From Octopus vulgaris (lineage: Eukaryota), in NCBI GenBank assembly GCA_951406725.2, contig OX597814.1, forward strand, positions 60,016,001 through 60,080,000: a stretch of 64,000 nt of DNA, in the 5' to 3' direction. Below are positions 41,033 through 54,448 of this stretch, piece after piece. The notes below the pieces were generated by a model. It was given only the letters and a program-made list of their open reading frames with translations. It searched no databases and was not told where the DNA came from. The stretch's first letter is position 1, and every line of letters starts with the position of its first letter. A program made the position numbers and the translations under genes.

Positions 41033-41815
41033 CATATTTGATGCAGTTTATTGTTTATCGGTTAAAACTAAGTCTCTGTTGAACAATAAATATTCCCACT
41101 CTTCTTTTATATTTAGTAATTTCCTCCTTCAGTTAAAAGATAACATTAAAACAATGGTGTTGTAAATCAAAGAGTAAATATTTCCCTGTATTCGATTTAT
41201 CGTTGTCTATTTTAATAGGTATTATTTATGACCGAGAATACAGACAAAAGTGCCTAACTTTTCCTCTAGATATGGAGGTGTACTATTTCATTACTGGCAT
41301 ATAAAGACACGTAGTTAATTCAAAACGATTTACAGACGAAGACTTTGTTGTTCATAACAAGTTATAACCACTACACTGTGTAAAGCAGCGACATAATAGA
41401 CGTGCAAATTGCTCTGTCAAGCTAGTCATAAATACCATATAATAGTATATAACCTAGAAATCTTTGTAAATATCTGTGTAATAGTGATAGTTATAGTGAT
41501 AAAGTAGTTGCTCCGCTAAGTAAGCCCAGATACAAAACTCGTAAATGTGATCTCATGGCTGTTCATCAAGACAGACAGACAACAGCAATAACATCAAGTT
41601 TTAGAGGGTTTTTTTCCTTGAGTCATCAGGTGTAATTTGAATGGTATGACCGACATAGACGTCCCTTCATATGCGTAAAGTTTCTTTCTTCTTCATTGAG
41701 TTAGAAGATAACATAGTTATATAACAATGTATTCTTTGCCTAGAGGGTTAAAAACTGCACACGATGAATATTCAGTAAATGTATATATATATATATATAT
41801 ATATATACGTATATA

Positions 41816-41981
41816 GGCGCAGCAGTGGCTGTGTGGTAAGAAGGTTGCTTCCCAGCCACATGATTCCGGGTTCAGTCCCACTCCGTGGCACCTTGGGCAA
41901 GTGTCTCCTGCTATAGCCTAAGGCCGACCAAAGCCTTGTCAGTGGATTTTGTAGACGGGAAGTGAAAGAAGTCCATCGTAT
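41816..41981 (+). mobile_element. SINE family 3, 5' half
   Basis: GGCGCAGCAGTGGCTGTGTGGTAAG (A box), GGTTCAGTCCC (B box), CCTTGGGCAAGTGTC. Confidence 0.9.
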
Positions 41982-42017
41982 ACACACACACACACACACA
42001 CACATATATACATATAC

Positions 42018-42131
<114 letters not shown>

Positions 42132-42133
42132 TG

Positions 42134-42378
42134 ATACTGATTAGAAGATCGAAAATCCACCTGAAGATTGTCGGTAGCAGACATGAAACATTTGTAGTGG
42201 CGGTTTATTTAATTCATATTAAAATTTTATGTATTGATTAAGTCTTTCCTTGTTTGGTTTTAAAATAGTGGTTTTGTCTCGAATTATATTATATAATATT
42301 TTACTATAAAATTGGATTTAACCCTAAATCTGATTTTTCCCTGTAATTTTGGATTCATTCCCTAATATTTATTATTAT
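42134..42378 (+). mobile_element. Probable solo Penelope pseudo-LTR (family B) within (TA)n
   Basis: Contains a hammerhead motif and an AT-rich 3' part, flanked by TA tracts like the other pLTRs here. The PLE link is inference. Confidence 0.55.
42157..42200 (+). ncRNA. Type I hammerhead ribozyme motif
   Basis: CCAC-CUGAAGA-U(UGUC ggtagca GACA)U-GAAA-C auuu GUA-GUGG: stem I CCAC/GUGG, canonical core, GUA cleavage triplet. Confidence 0.75.
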
Positions 42379-42384
42379 ATACAC

Positions 42385-42434
<50 letters not shown>

Positions 42435-42562
42435 AGCTGTTGTGTCTGGGGAAAGTCATTCACTTTTAGAGCCTTATAATTTAACTCACTCACCGGTAAA
42501 ATACCCACTCATTTCTTTTTTATTTTTCTAAAATTTTCGTTGTGTCTTGCAACCTTTTCAAT

Positions 42563-43439
42563 GGTCAAACTGGGTTATTGGGTTCTCTTGCTTGTGTGGT
42601 ATGGTGCAGAGTCCTGTTGCCAGATATAGGGTCTTCCGGCAGCCACCTTCTGGACCCAGGAGGGAACCACCTCCTCCGGCCAATTAATGTAGGCCTCCGT
42701 GTTAAGTGTGAGGTTGTGTGGGAAGATGAATGGAGGCATAAAGTCGCCATCACTAGTGATCACTTCGAACACCAAGATGTTGACTGGATGCTTGATTTTT
42801 ATCACTCTCAATACGTGTTTTGGGGGTCACAGTAAGTTCACCAACTCGTTCTGGCAGAAATGTTTCTCGTCTGAGAAAAACAAACCATGTTCGGTTAGAC
42901 GGGATGCTTAAGTTTGATCAACAGCTTAGTAGTGCGCTCTTTCCTCTTGCCCTTGATGGCTTGGGATAAAAATTGGCACTTTCTCGTCTTGTATGACGAA
43001 TACCGAATGTCTTCATGCACTACCTGCCTGATAAGAAACTCAGACACTCCCATATCCCTGAAGATGGACCTAATTGAATTGGAGGGATCATTGTCAATTA
43101 TGGCCTGGATCTCACCAAAAGATTCTGGGCTTCTTTTCTTAGCAGAACGATCAGAATGCTTTCTGAGCGGCTTTACCTCCCAAATCTTTTTCGAATCCTC
43201 TGCACCGTCCCCTGATTGACACCCTATTAGAGTTTCCGGCGCGAATGCCAAGCAGTACAGCATGTAATTTCCAAATTTCTGGCAGAGTGAATTGCGTCAT
43301 GACGTTGCTTTTCTCTCAGACGGTGTCCAACTCCGCCTACTATACTATGCAGTCGACGAATCAAAAACAGTCAATGCGCATGTGTGAAATTAGAATATAT
43401 AAAATAGTGACAATTTACCAATTTACCAGTGACAATTTA

Positions 43440-43443
<4 letters not shown>
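42563..43443 (-). mobile_element. Tc1/mariner DD37D (maT-like) transposon fragment, same family as 26387-27250
   Basis: KHPVNILVFEVITSDGDFMPPFIFP...AAGRPYIWQQDSAPYHTSK, FFSDEKHF, HTH DPSNSIRSIFRDMGVSEFLIRQVV. TIR-like GTGACAATTTACC near 43410. Confidence 0.9.
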
Positions 43444-43492
<49 letters not shown>

Positions 43493-43532
43493 TCGGGTCA
43501 CTTAAACATACACACTATATACTTGGCTCTCG

Positions 43533-44438
<906 letters not shown>

Positions 44439-44885
44439 GCCTTTGCACAGATTCTAACGCTAAAGATGTACTACAGTGTCAGCTGTTCACTACTCGAGCG
44501 CTTCCAAGCAGTGCTGTTTTCTGCAAGTGCTCCATCCTTATTGCAGCCCCTATTTAATCCACGTACTTCTCGAAATTTTTGTTCACTGCTCCCAGTGCTT
44601 CGACAATTATTGGTACTATTGCTACCTTTTTCATCGACCACAACTGCTCAACTTCACAAGCTAACCTGCCATATCTCTCGATTTTTTCTTTCTTCCTTAT
44701 CGCATACGTTGTTGTCAGCTGGGCATGCTACATCTATTATCCCGCATAGTTTGTCTTCTTTCTCAATTAAGACTCTGTCCGGCTTTCTATTATTTATTGT
44801 ATGTTCGCAATGAATCATAAAATCCTATAGGATCTTTGCTTTTCTATTTTCTACGATGCCTTCAGGTTTGTGGTCGTGTTTGCTC
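44439..44885 (-). mobile_element. R4/Dong-like RLE LINE 3' fragment (fourth family)
   Basis: Minus-strand translation: HKPEGIVENRKAKIL*D...INNRKPDRVLIEKEDKLCGIIDVACPADNNV...KIERY...PIIVEALG...LQKTALLGSARV. Confidence 0.85.
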
Positions 44886-44921
44886 ATTATCATTATTATT
44901 AGTAGTAGTAGTATTTTTGTT

Positions 44922-45330
44922 GAGTAGAGGGCAACGCATGCCATTAAAGTGACACTGGGGTACAAATATGCGAAGCCCAATATATCCATCATAACTACCT
45001 TTCTGATAAGGATACGCCAGGCATATGAACCACAATCACATGTGCGTGACATGATGATGTCATATCTAGATACACAGTGCAAGATCCTACAGGTGGTGAG
45101 CAGTTAGAATTTTCTTCTGTTCTCGAAGCCCATTCCACTCAAAAGGTCCCTGAATAAGGTTTGTTTAAAGATGTAGAACGAAGCACCTATCTTTCTAGAG
45201 ATGAATTATTCAACTCCAAAGAATTTCTCTTAAAACATGAGTAAGCTGTTCTACCACTACCTCTGCTCGTGATCAGAGATGCACATCTCGTCAGCCACCA
45301 AAAACATGCTCATTTGTAGAAGTTCAAGCA
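44922..45330 (-). mobile_element. Second, truncated copy of the non-coding TAA-associated element
   Basis: GCATGCCATTAAAGTGACACTGGGGTA...CAGTTAGAATTTTCTTCTG...GATCAGAGATGCACAT is collinear with 39286-39660. Confidence 0.75.
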
Positions 45331-45904
45331 ATAATTACTGGAACTTTACAAGTATTAAAAACAGATCAGATTGAGTCAATCTTTTACTATTGGACAGATT
45401 TACATAAGATAGTTTAAAACATAACATATTTAACAGCATCATTTGAAAAGTATGAAATATAGATTCCAAAGATTCTGGCATTATTGCGTTCAAACGTCAA
45501 ATAATTGTATATCTTTAGGTCGATTTATTATTTCTTATACGTTCCAGATGACGAACATCTCGACTGTCAAACCTCGAAGGATAAAGATTTCTCATGCAAG
45601 AGAAATAGTAAGTTTCGTTTCATTGGCTACAATATAAATAGTAACCTTGATTAGTACTGAAAGGATAAACTTCGATCATCAAATTGTCGTTGTTTCTTAT
45701 ATGTGATCTCCCAGTTGGTTGTGAAAAATGTAATGAGTAAAACAAAAATCATACCAAATATCTTGAGGTACCTGGTTACATCCTTCCATATAGCTAGTTC
45801 GACTTCCTTTACAGAGGGACGTCTAGAACAGATAAAATAAAATATCAGTTAGGTACTGGATACCATGAAAAGGAATGTGTGGTAATATGCTTATTTAAGA
45901 TATT

Positions 45905-46118
45905 GATTTCCAATATCAGCACAAGGCCAGGAAGTTCGGGAAAGGGTCTAAGTCGATGAAATCGACCCCATTCATCAACTAGTACTTATCTTGTCGGTCC
46001 CCGAAGGATGAAAAGCAAAGTCGACCCCGGCGGTATTTAAACTCAGGACGTAAGGACGGATAAAATGCCCCAAACCATTTTGCCCGGCGGGCTAACGTTT
46101 CTTCCAGTTCGCTGCCTT
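45905..46118 (-). mobile_element. SINE family 1
   Basis: Reverse complement matches 17712-17921 and 48097-48312. Confidence 0.85.
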
Positions 46119-46504
46119 GTGCTTATTTTAGATAATAATATTTGATATCTTGAGAGCTTGGCCTATTAACAGAATCCATGATGAAACGGACAGGATGGAG
46201 TGTAGCATTTTCATATATTTCCTCTTCGAGTGTGGACTCAATTATGTTTTTCCTACCTTTCATCCTTCAGGGTTTGATAAAATATGTGGCATTCTTGTAC
46301 AGACGTCGAAATAACGATGAAGATCCTGTGTATATACATTATATATGTGTGTGTACGTGTGTGCATGTGTGTGTGTGTATGTGCGTGTTTGTGTGTGTGT
46401 GTGTGTCTGTATGTAACACTGTAACGGTCAGACTACTGGATGCTGTAATACATCGCTGGTCATATCTGTACGATTATTTCGACATCTCTACTGGAATACA
46501 TATT

Positions 46505-46560
46505 TTATCAAACTTGCGATCGTGAGTGCAAACTTCTAAGCACTAGGCCACACGCCTTCA
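46505..46560 (-). mobile_element. SINE family 2 head fragment
   Basis: Reverse complement GAAGGCGTGTGGCCTAGTGCTTAG...ACTCACGATCG. Confidence 0.6.
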
Positions 46561-46583
46561 CGTATGTATATGTGTGTGTATAC

Positions 46584-46668
<85 letters not shown>

Positions 46669-47457
46669 TACACACACACTTATCCACACCCTCCCATTTA
46701 CACACACTTCAGGCTGACTCTCAAACACCCTTCTACTGCCCTGACTACTACTGACTATCCTATCTACGAACATGTGCAAAAACACACAACCATACACATG
46801 TCACTATAACTGCTGACCTCTCACTACGACATTTAAAGACACACACAGATCCCTCGCATAAACACATGTAAACAGTTCATACTACACACACCACACACAC
46901 ACACATACACACACACAGTTACCACCACACGCGCCCACGCTACCACGCACACACACGTGCACAGAGTTACTGCCATATAAACACACCCTACCATACACAT
47001 ACACGGTATCACACACATGCCTCTACCACCACACGGACACACACACTCAGTACTGCCACGTACACATTTAGTTATTGCCACACACACATGGGGTCAAATT
47101 CATACACATACGTTATCACACACATACACACGCTAAAACGCATACACACGTGCATACACAGAGATACCAACAATTCTTCACACTCTCCTGTCCGAGAAAG
47201 CACTTTCTCTTTGTCCATCTACTCCGGTCATTCTAAAGTGTATCTACACGTGGACTGTTTGCGACTTTTTCCTCCTTCTTCCTTTTCTGTTAGACTTCCC
47301 TATGTTTTATATATTATGTGTGTGTGAGTACATGCGTCGTATGCGTATGCATTTATAATATATATATTATATATATTATATGTATGCGTGTGTGAATATC
47401 ATACATGTGCAAACAGAAAAAATAGATAGATAGATTGATAGAAAAATAGATAGATAA

Positions 47458-47531
<74 letters not shown>

Positions 47532-47545
47532 TGAAGCATATATTA

Positions 47546-47592
<47 letters not shown>

Positions 47593-48096
47593 TTTGTAAT
47601 GTTGATTGTTTGTATTTATGCCCACCTAGTATTAACAAACAGCAAATTAAAGGCGCACAAAACTGTACTTATTATTTACCTCCTGATAAAAAATTGTATA
47701 GTATTTATACTGGGAAACGGCAATCAAGTATTACACAAAGCTCATGCTACTGTCTCTCAAAATTTCAAAATGGTGAAAGAAGTAGTAAAACAAGCAGTCG
47801 AAATTAAATAGTAGCGTCTATCACATCCTCCCTCTCCACTCTCTCTTTCTCTCTCTCCCTCTTTCTTTTTTCTCTCTTTCTCACATCATATTTTCCCATC
47901 TCTCTCTGTCTTTCTCTCTCTTTTCTTCTCTCTACATGAAAGTAGAAGACAGCCATGTAATAAAAGGAATAATGAAAAGAGCCATAAAGACGGAGATAGT
48001 AAAGAAAGTGTGCTAACAGCGTCGGCACATTTCCATGACGTCAAATTACTGTGTTCCTCCCTTCTTCAGTCTCGTTTCAATATTTCTCTGCTTCCT

Positions 48097-48545
48097 AGGG
48101 CGGTTAGCTGACAGAATCGTTATCATGCCGGACAAAATGCTTACGGCATTTTGTCCACATTTATGTTCTGATTTGAAATTCCACGGAGGTCGACTTTTCC
48201 ATTCATCATTTTGAAGATCGATAAAATAAGTACCAGTTGAGCAAAGGCGTCGAGGTATTCGACTTACGCTCTTTACCGAAATTACTGACTTTGTGTCAAA
48301 ATTTGAAACTAATATTTATATCTGTCCTAAGGTAGCGAACGGGCGGAATTGTTACCGAGCCGGACAAAACTTATAGCACCAATCTTCCCTAGTTTGAGGT
48401 CTGAGTTCAAATTCCGCCAGGATCGACTTTGCTTTCATCCTTTCGAGATCGAAAAAATAAATACCAGCTCAGCAATGGGATTGGTGTAATTGACTTAACC
48501 CCTTCCCCGAAAGTGCTCGCCTTGTGCCAAATCTTAAAACCAATA
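48097..48545 (+). mobile_element. Two tandem SINE family 1 copies (48097-48312 and 48329-48545)
   Basis: Each has the head, B-box, TTCATCxTTTxGAxGATCGA...TACCAG domain and TTGTGxCAAA tail. Confidence 0.85.
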
Positions 48546-49229
48546 TTTCTTTCTTTCCCTCTCACCCTCTGACATATTAGAAAAGAGAAAACGGAGACTG
48601 AGAACCTCACATGTATACAGAAACATATTGAGGAAGTGATGAAAACTGTCCGAAAATGGGATTAATGGCGATTCCCTGTTAGAACAATTTTTTGGAGTCA
48701 AGTGAGAGCAATTTTTTCCATATTTCATAAAATGCACAGCTTGAGAAATGTTTCGAAATTTATATTCATATCAACATTAAACAATATACCTGCGTAAGTT
48801 CATACAGTAGATGCCTCGAAATCCCTAACGAAGGGTATTTCGAGGAATTGATTCAAATGTCTCTCTACATTCAGAGGTATATTTTTATATATACAAGTTT
48901 TACCAAGCAAAACAGAACATCAAATACACACCAACTCTGTGATGCAAACAACTTCCGTGACTTTCTCAAACATTTCATAATGAATTTCAGTCTGGTTGGA
49001 AAGTCACGTCGATTTCAAGCCAAGGACAATTGTGGTTCTATTTGATTATTGTGGATTCTCATTACACTCAGGATTCGCTTGAATTCATCATACCAGTTCA
49101 TAAAATAACAATTATATAACTTAGTTAGGTGCGAGCATAGCTCTTTGCTTAGATTTACTCGCAGTAGTATGGTTCAGCGTTTTTATTGTGTTATGTTAAA
49201 TTCTATGTAAACATTTCTACTACTTCTTC

Positions 49230-49800
49230 TACTGCTTGTATTGCGTCAACGTTGACTGTTCTTGTTCAGAAATGTTTTCCTGCAGGGTCGCAAGGCTGGC
49301 TCTTGATTTACAGTAGTGTTGACTTCTGCTGTAGGTAAAGCTACTTGAAATGATGGAGAATTGATGCCTCTCATTTTCTCTTTCGTATTCTCTCTGTTGG
49401 GTGAGATTACGAGCTTCAGCCATCAGTGCCATTCATTGCAGCGCAAAACCTTCTCCTCCCAGATACCTAGGGGAGATTTTGGAGTTCTTCATATGTCTCT
49501 TCAGCACATCTCGTTATCGCACCCTCTGGCAGTCACGACTCCGTCTGCTCCGACTGAGTTCAGCATAGAAAGCTACCTCTGAGAGTCGGCCACCTTCCGT
49601 CATGCAAATTGATCTCCGCCCTACCCAGCTCAGTTGCGATGAGGTAATGAGGGCCGCCACACTGACTGTGCCAGCACGACGGAGAACGTCTACATGAGGA
49701 ACGCGATCCTACTATCTGATGTGCAAGATGGGGCGCAGATGACGAAGATGAACTTGTGCCAGGACCTGCAGCAGGGAGGCATGCATGCCGTGACATTGAA
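49230..49800 (-). mobile_element. RTE-clade LINE 3' fragment
   Basis: HLRHLRPILHIR**DRVPHVDVLRRAG...SQLSWVG...FYAELSRSRRSR...R*RDVLKRHMK. Confidence 0.8.
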
Positions 49801-50309
49801 GAGGCAAGGAAGAAAATTTTGGAATTCTACAGTTCTATCTTCGAGTTGCGAGTAATATTTTGACAGCTCTATAGACGCTTCTCGAAAGAACTAAAAGCAT
49901 TGTTATTGAAGTGTAAGCTAGCCTAAATTTCATTATAAGGGTGAGATACAAAGCTTCTGAAACAACAACAACGACAATTTAGTAACAAGTCAAGAAATTT
50001 AAATGGAGATAGTTAATCTAATAATCTCCTAGATATGATGGCTACTATAGAAATATGAATACAGAAAGTAAGCTAACTTAACTGATTACTGTAATTAAAC
50101 ATTTATTTTCTACAATTATGTTCAAGGATAATAAATTATGAAGTGCAATATTTGTTTAGATTTAGGTATTTTTTAAGTGTATCCTAAATATTCATTCCGT
50201 AATACTTTCGGATATCATAAGGGGATCAAATAAAGTTCTTGTTATACGAGACTAGTATAATAGATTCTAAAGTAAATGACGAACTTTTATATACATATAT
50301 ATGTATAAT

Positions 50310-50686
50310 GGAGGCGCAATGGCCCACTGGTTAGGGCAGCGGACTCGCGCTCATAGGATAGCGGTTTCGATTCCTGGACCCATCGCTGTGAGAATTTATT
50401 GAACGAAAACACCTAAAGCTGCACGAGGCTCCGGTAGGGTGTGATAGCGAAACCTGCTGTATTCCTTCAGCACAACTTTCTCTCACTCTTTCTCCTCGTT
50501 TCTATTGTACCTGTATTTCAAAAGGCCAGCCTTGTCACACTCAGTGTCATGCTGAATATCCCCGAAAATTACTTGGGTACACGTGCCTGTGGAGTGCTCA
50601 GCCAATTGCACGTTAATTTCAAAAGCAGGCTGATCCGTTGATCGGAACAACTGGAACCCTCATCGTCGTAACCGACGGAGTGCCAC
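50310..50686 (+). mobile_element. tRNA-derived SINE sharing the family 2 3' tail but with a different middle
   Basis: Head GGAGGCGCAATGGCCCACTGGTTAGGGCAGCGGACTCGCG...GGTTTCGATTCC; the 3' ~170 bp match 4400-4579. Confidence 0.85.
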
Positions 50687-50699
50687 GATATACATATAT

Positions 50700-50771
<72 letters not shown>

Positions 50772-50775
<4 letters not shown>

Positions 50776-51380
50776 TGGGGTTTCTGACCACCGGCCAAGT
50801 ATACGTGTGAAGACAGCCAAAAGAGGAATTTTCCCAGACTGCCTTTTTCCAACTGTTAAACATGGAGGAGGATCTGTGATGATCTGGGTTGGGGCTATAT
50901 CTTGTAAATCTGCCGGTCCAGTGGTTTCCCTTCACGGCAGAGACTATTTAAGACTATTTAAGACTATTTAAGTAGTTTATCTTATCAAATTCATCCTATG
51001 GTTGCGGAACTGCTTCAGGAGGGAAACGTAGTCTCTCCAGATGATAATGCACCAATCCACACAACTAAAGTTGTTACTGAATGGCACGAGGAATATTCTA
51101 GTGAAGTTGAACTGCTTCTCTGGCCACCAAAGTCCCCAGATCTCAATATTATTGAACATTGATGGTGCATTATAGAAAAACAAGTAAGGAGTCGATATCC
51201 TCCACATCATCATTACAGAAACTGGAGACTGTTTTAGCTGAAAAATGGACAAAATGTACGAGTTCAATTCGTACAATTCGTAGGATTCAAGCTGTAATTA
51301 CCACCGAAGGCGCACCCACCCCATGTTAAAATAAATTTGTTTGAAATTTTAAGGTGTTTCTATTATTTTGTTCAATCTCC

Positions 51381-51383
<3 letters not shown>
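50772..51383 (+). mobile_element. Tc1 (DD34E) transposon 3' fragment
   Basis: PTVKHGGGSVMIW, LQDDNAPIHTTKVV and WPPKSPDLNIIEH motifs by manual translation; the end sits in (TA)n. Confidence 0.9.
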
Positions 51384-51442
<59 letters not shown>

Positions 51443-51590
51443 GACGGTGTCAGTTAGAATATACAGCCGGTTATTGATAATTTGGTTACTCGTTTCTTTG
51501 AAAAAAGATTAACATTAGTCATTTAGTATCAAGAGTAATGAATCCTAGAGGTTTTCGCTAAATATAACTCGAATATTGCTGTCAAGAAAG

Positions 51591-51800
51591 AGGGCGTGGT
51601 AGCAGAATCGTTAGCACGCCGGCTGAAATGATTTGCAGCATTTCGTCTCTCTTCAGTTTCTGAGTTCAAATTCCACCGAGGTCGACTTTGCTGTTCATCC
51701 TTGGGGTCGATAAAATATGTAACACTTGAGTATTAGATTAGTGATAGACTTACCCACTGCCCTAAAATTTGTGGACTCGTGCCAAAATTTGAATCTATAT
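51591..51800 (+). mobile_element. SINE family 1
   Basis: GCAGAATCGTTAGCACGCCGG...GAGTTCAAATTCCACCGAGGTCGACTTTGC. Confidence 0.85.
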
Positions 51801-53551
51801 TAGCATCAAGAATCTCTGTTTTTTAATATAGTATATGAATTGTATGTCTACAGTTGGCTCTTTTTTAACCACATATCAACTTTGAACATATAGGAATATG
51901 ATCAATGAACATGATCAATTTTATGACCATTTCATCCTTTTAAATGAGAATGTCTATATTATCTTATATGTCCTTCTTCCTGTTCAATGGAAAACTGACT
52001 TCTATTTCTAGCATTCTGAAAAACTGCACAAAAGTCCGTTTGATGGTTCGTGACTGCAGCAGATATCCCGCTGTTGTTGAATTGACTTTGGAAAATACAT
52101 TTGTCTCCACTTATATTTCAGTCGAGGGACTGGCACATAGCTACTGTGTATTGCGCTTGTGTTATCTGAAACAAAGATGTTAAGCGGATGCAAACGAACT
52201 GGGAAACGGAAATATTATTATCTACCCAGACATTTTTAGACATAACACTACTTAGCTTTACTTAGGGAAATGTATTTAAGATATTGCTATACTGGAGACG
52301 CAAAAGAGGCGGAATCAGTAAGAAACTACTTCATAAAACAGATATATCGAACGCGAACCGGGACTTTTGTTAGATTCTCATTAGTAACAGCCCCACCATA
52401 CAGTAACATAAAGTAACATATATTGCTACAGTACACGGAGTCAATGTTAATAAGCCTTGCAGAGCTATTTGATATGAAGATATGTTTGGTAGTAACAAGC
52501 CTAGCAGTAAACATAACAGTGACTTTGTAATTACTTATAACAGTATCATAGTAATTTAATGAAGGTTGATTTGTTTTCGAAATTCAGTATCAGATGTGAG
52601 TTACAAACTTGCATTGAAGAAAGAAGATCTAGTTCTCTGATAATACAGTAACGAGTGGATGTAGCATTGCTATCATGTGCAAGTATCGATTTCTGAAATA
52701 TAAACACATTTTGCTTTTTTTACTGCCAAAAGAAAATGACGATATTGTGTGATATCTGAATCATTTCCAGAACCATTAAGGAAGTAACTGCAAAGGAATA
52801 CCAACAACTAACAATCAGCTGTCAGCGACCCAGAAGCTAATTTTTACTAAAGCGATATCTCGCCATAAATTTAACTGAAATATTTCCAGAATATTTTTCA
52901 TGAGTGAAACTCAAAGTATGGATATTTTAGGTCACAATATTTTTCAAGTACAAATAAATGTTATTTTACAACACAACTGGAATGTTATTCGAGGTTAGAC
53001 ATATTTTCTCATCCTTTTTTGCTTTCAAATAATCTTAGTATAACAAAGCCGGGCTCTCCTTTGAGTCATGATTGTTGTTATTTCATTAAAAATTATATAT
53101 TTCCATTGTGAAAATGAATTATAGACCCAGCAGCAGATCAGCTTTACTCGAAAATTAATGATCTTTTATTAACTCGGCCCTAGCAAAGTCATCAGAAAGG
53201 AATCCCGATATCTTCAGCAAAGCATGGTACGCTTCAGAATGATCCAAGCTGTAAACAGAGGACGTTGTCTCCTGCCTGAGGTGATAATGCATCCAATCAC
53301 TTTGTCACCCTTCAAAGAAGTTGTACAGAAAAAGAAACATTTAATATATCCACTTTAATTTGGGAAAGAATTGACGGGAAAAAACTAACAGTTTTTGTCT
53401 ATCTCAATTATCGACTATGCATGCAGTAGTGAGTGACTCATGTCACATGACATCAGTATAAAGTGATAAAGCAAAATTATTTATGCCAGCAATATATTGA
53501 ATTATTTGAAACTTTTAATATATGTTTGTATGTGCGTGCGTACGTGCGTGC

Positions 53552-53607
<56 letters not shown>

Positions 53608-53635
53608 GTGTAGGCGCGCTTCTACTACAATTATA

Positions 53636-54011
53636 ACTCTTTACTCTTTTTACTCTTTTACTTGTTTCAGTCACCTGACTGCGGCCATGCTGGAGCACCA
53701 CCTTTTAGTACTTATTCTATCGGTCTCTTTTTGCCGAACCGCTAAGCGACGGGGACCTAAACACACCAGCATCGGTTGTCAAGCAATGCTAGGGGGGACA
53801 AACACAGACACACAAACACATACACACATATATATATATACATATATACGACAGGCTTCTTTCAGTTTCCGTCTACCAAATCCACTCACAAGGCATTGGT
53901 CGGCCCGGGGCTATAGCAGAAGACACTTACCCAAGGTGCCACGCAGTGGGACTGAACCCGGAACCATGTGGCTGGTTAGCAAGCTACTTACCACACAGCC
54001 ACTCCTGCGCC
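53636..54011 (-). mobile_element. SINE family 3, near-complete young copy
   Basis: tRNA-like head with A/B boxes, CORE-like CCTTGGGTAAGTGTC, internal (TA/TG) microsatellite and (GTAAAAGA)n tail. Confidence 0.92.
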
Positions 54012-54208
54012 TATAAGTAAATTATTTACAAACAATACTGCATGGAACAACGTCGAATAAAACATATTCCAGTAACGCTATCTTTAGTTCATTTTAAAGT
54101 AATTGGTGGTGATTACTTTCGCGGCAGGAATAGCCACGGAAGAAAATTATCCAGGTAGTACATACACATTTTATTTTCGGCTGGGAGTGACGTCATTAGA
54201 CTATAGGA

Positions 54209-54248
54209 CTCATACGTTTCTGCGTATTTCCGCTTCGTCAGCAATGAA
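54209..54248 (-). ncRNA. Minimal hammerhead ribozyme-like motif
   Basis: Minus strand UUG-CUGACGA-A(GCG gaaaua CGC)A-GAAA-CGUA-UGA; palindromic ACGU stem III; weak stem I. Confidence 0.5.
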
Positions 54249-54448
54249 AAGCATCTCATCACCTAGAGCCTGATAAGTATAACGTTATACTTATAAAAAC
54301 AGCAAACTGAATTATTGATGATGACAAGCTAGAATCAACTAAATATAGCGCAAGAAACAACGTTGAAGAAGAGATATTCCTACAAATAAATGTCTTGTAC
54401 GTTCGAGTGTAATAAGATGTGATAATACCTTTTGCCGCAGTAATAACC

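Noticed and set aside
50310-50380. tRNA-like sequences here and at 4256, 41816 and 53940-54011
   Set aside because: They are SINE heads continuous with SINE bodies and have no complete cloverleaf.
51944-52514. Non-repetitive short ORFs with acceptor-like sites on the minus strand
   Set aside because: Frames are interrupted by stops, there are no convincing donors and no homology is recognised.
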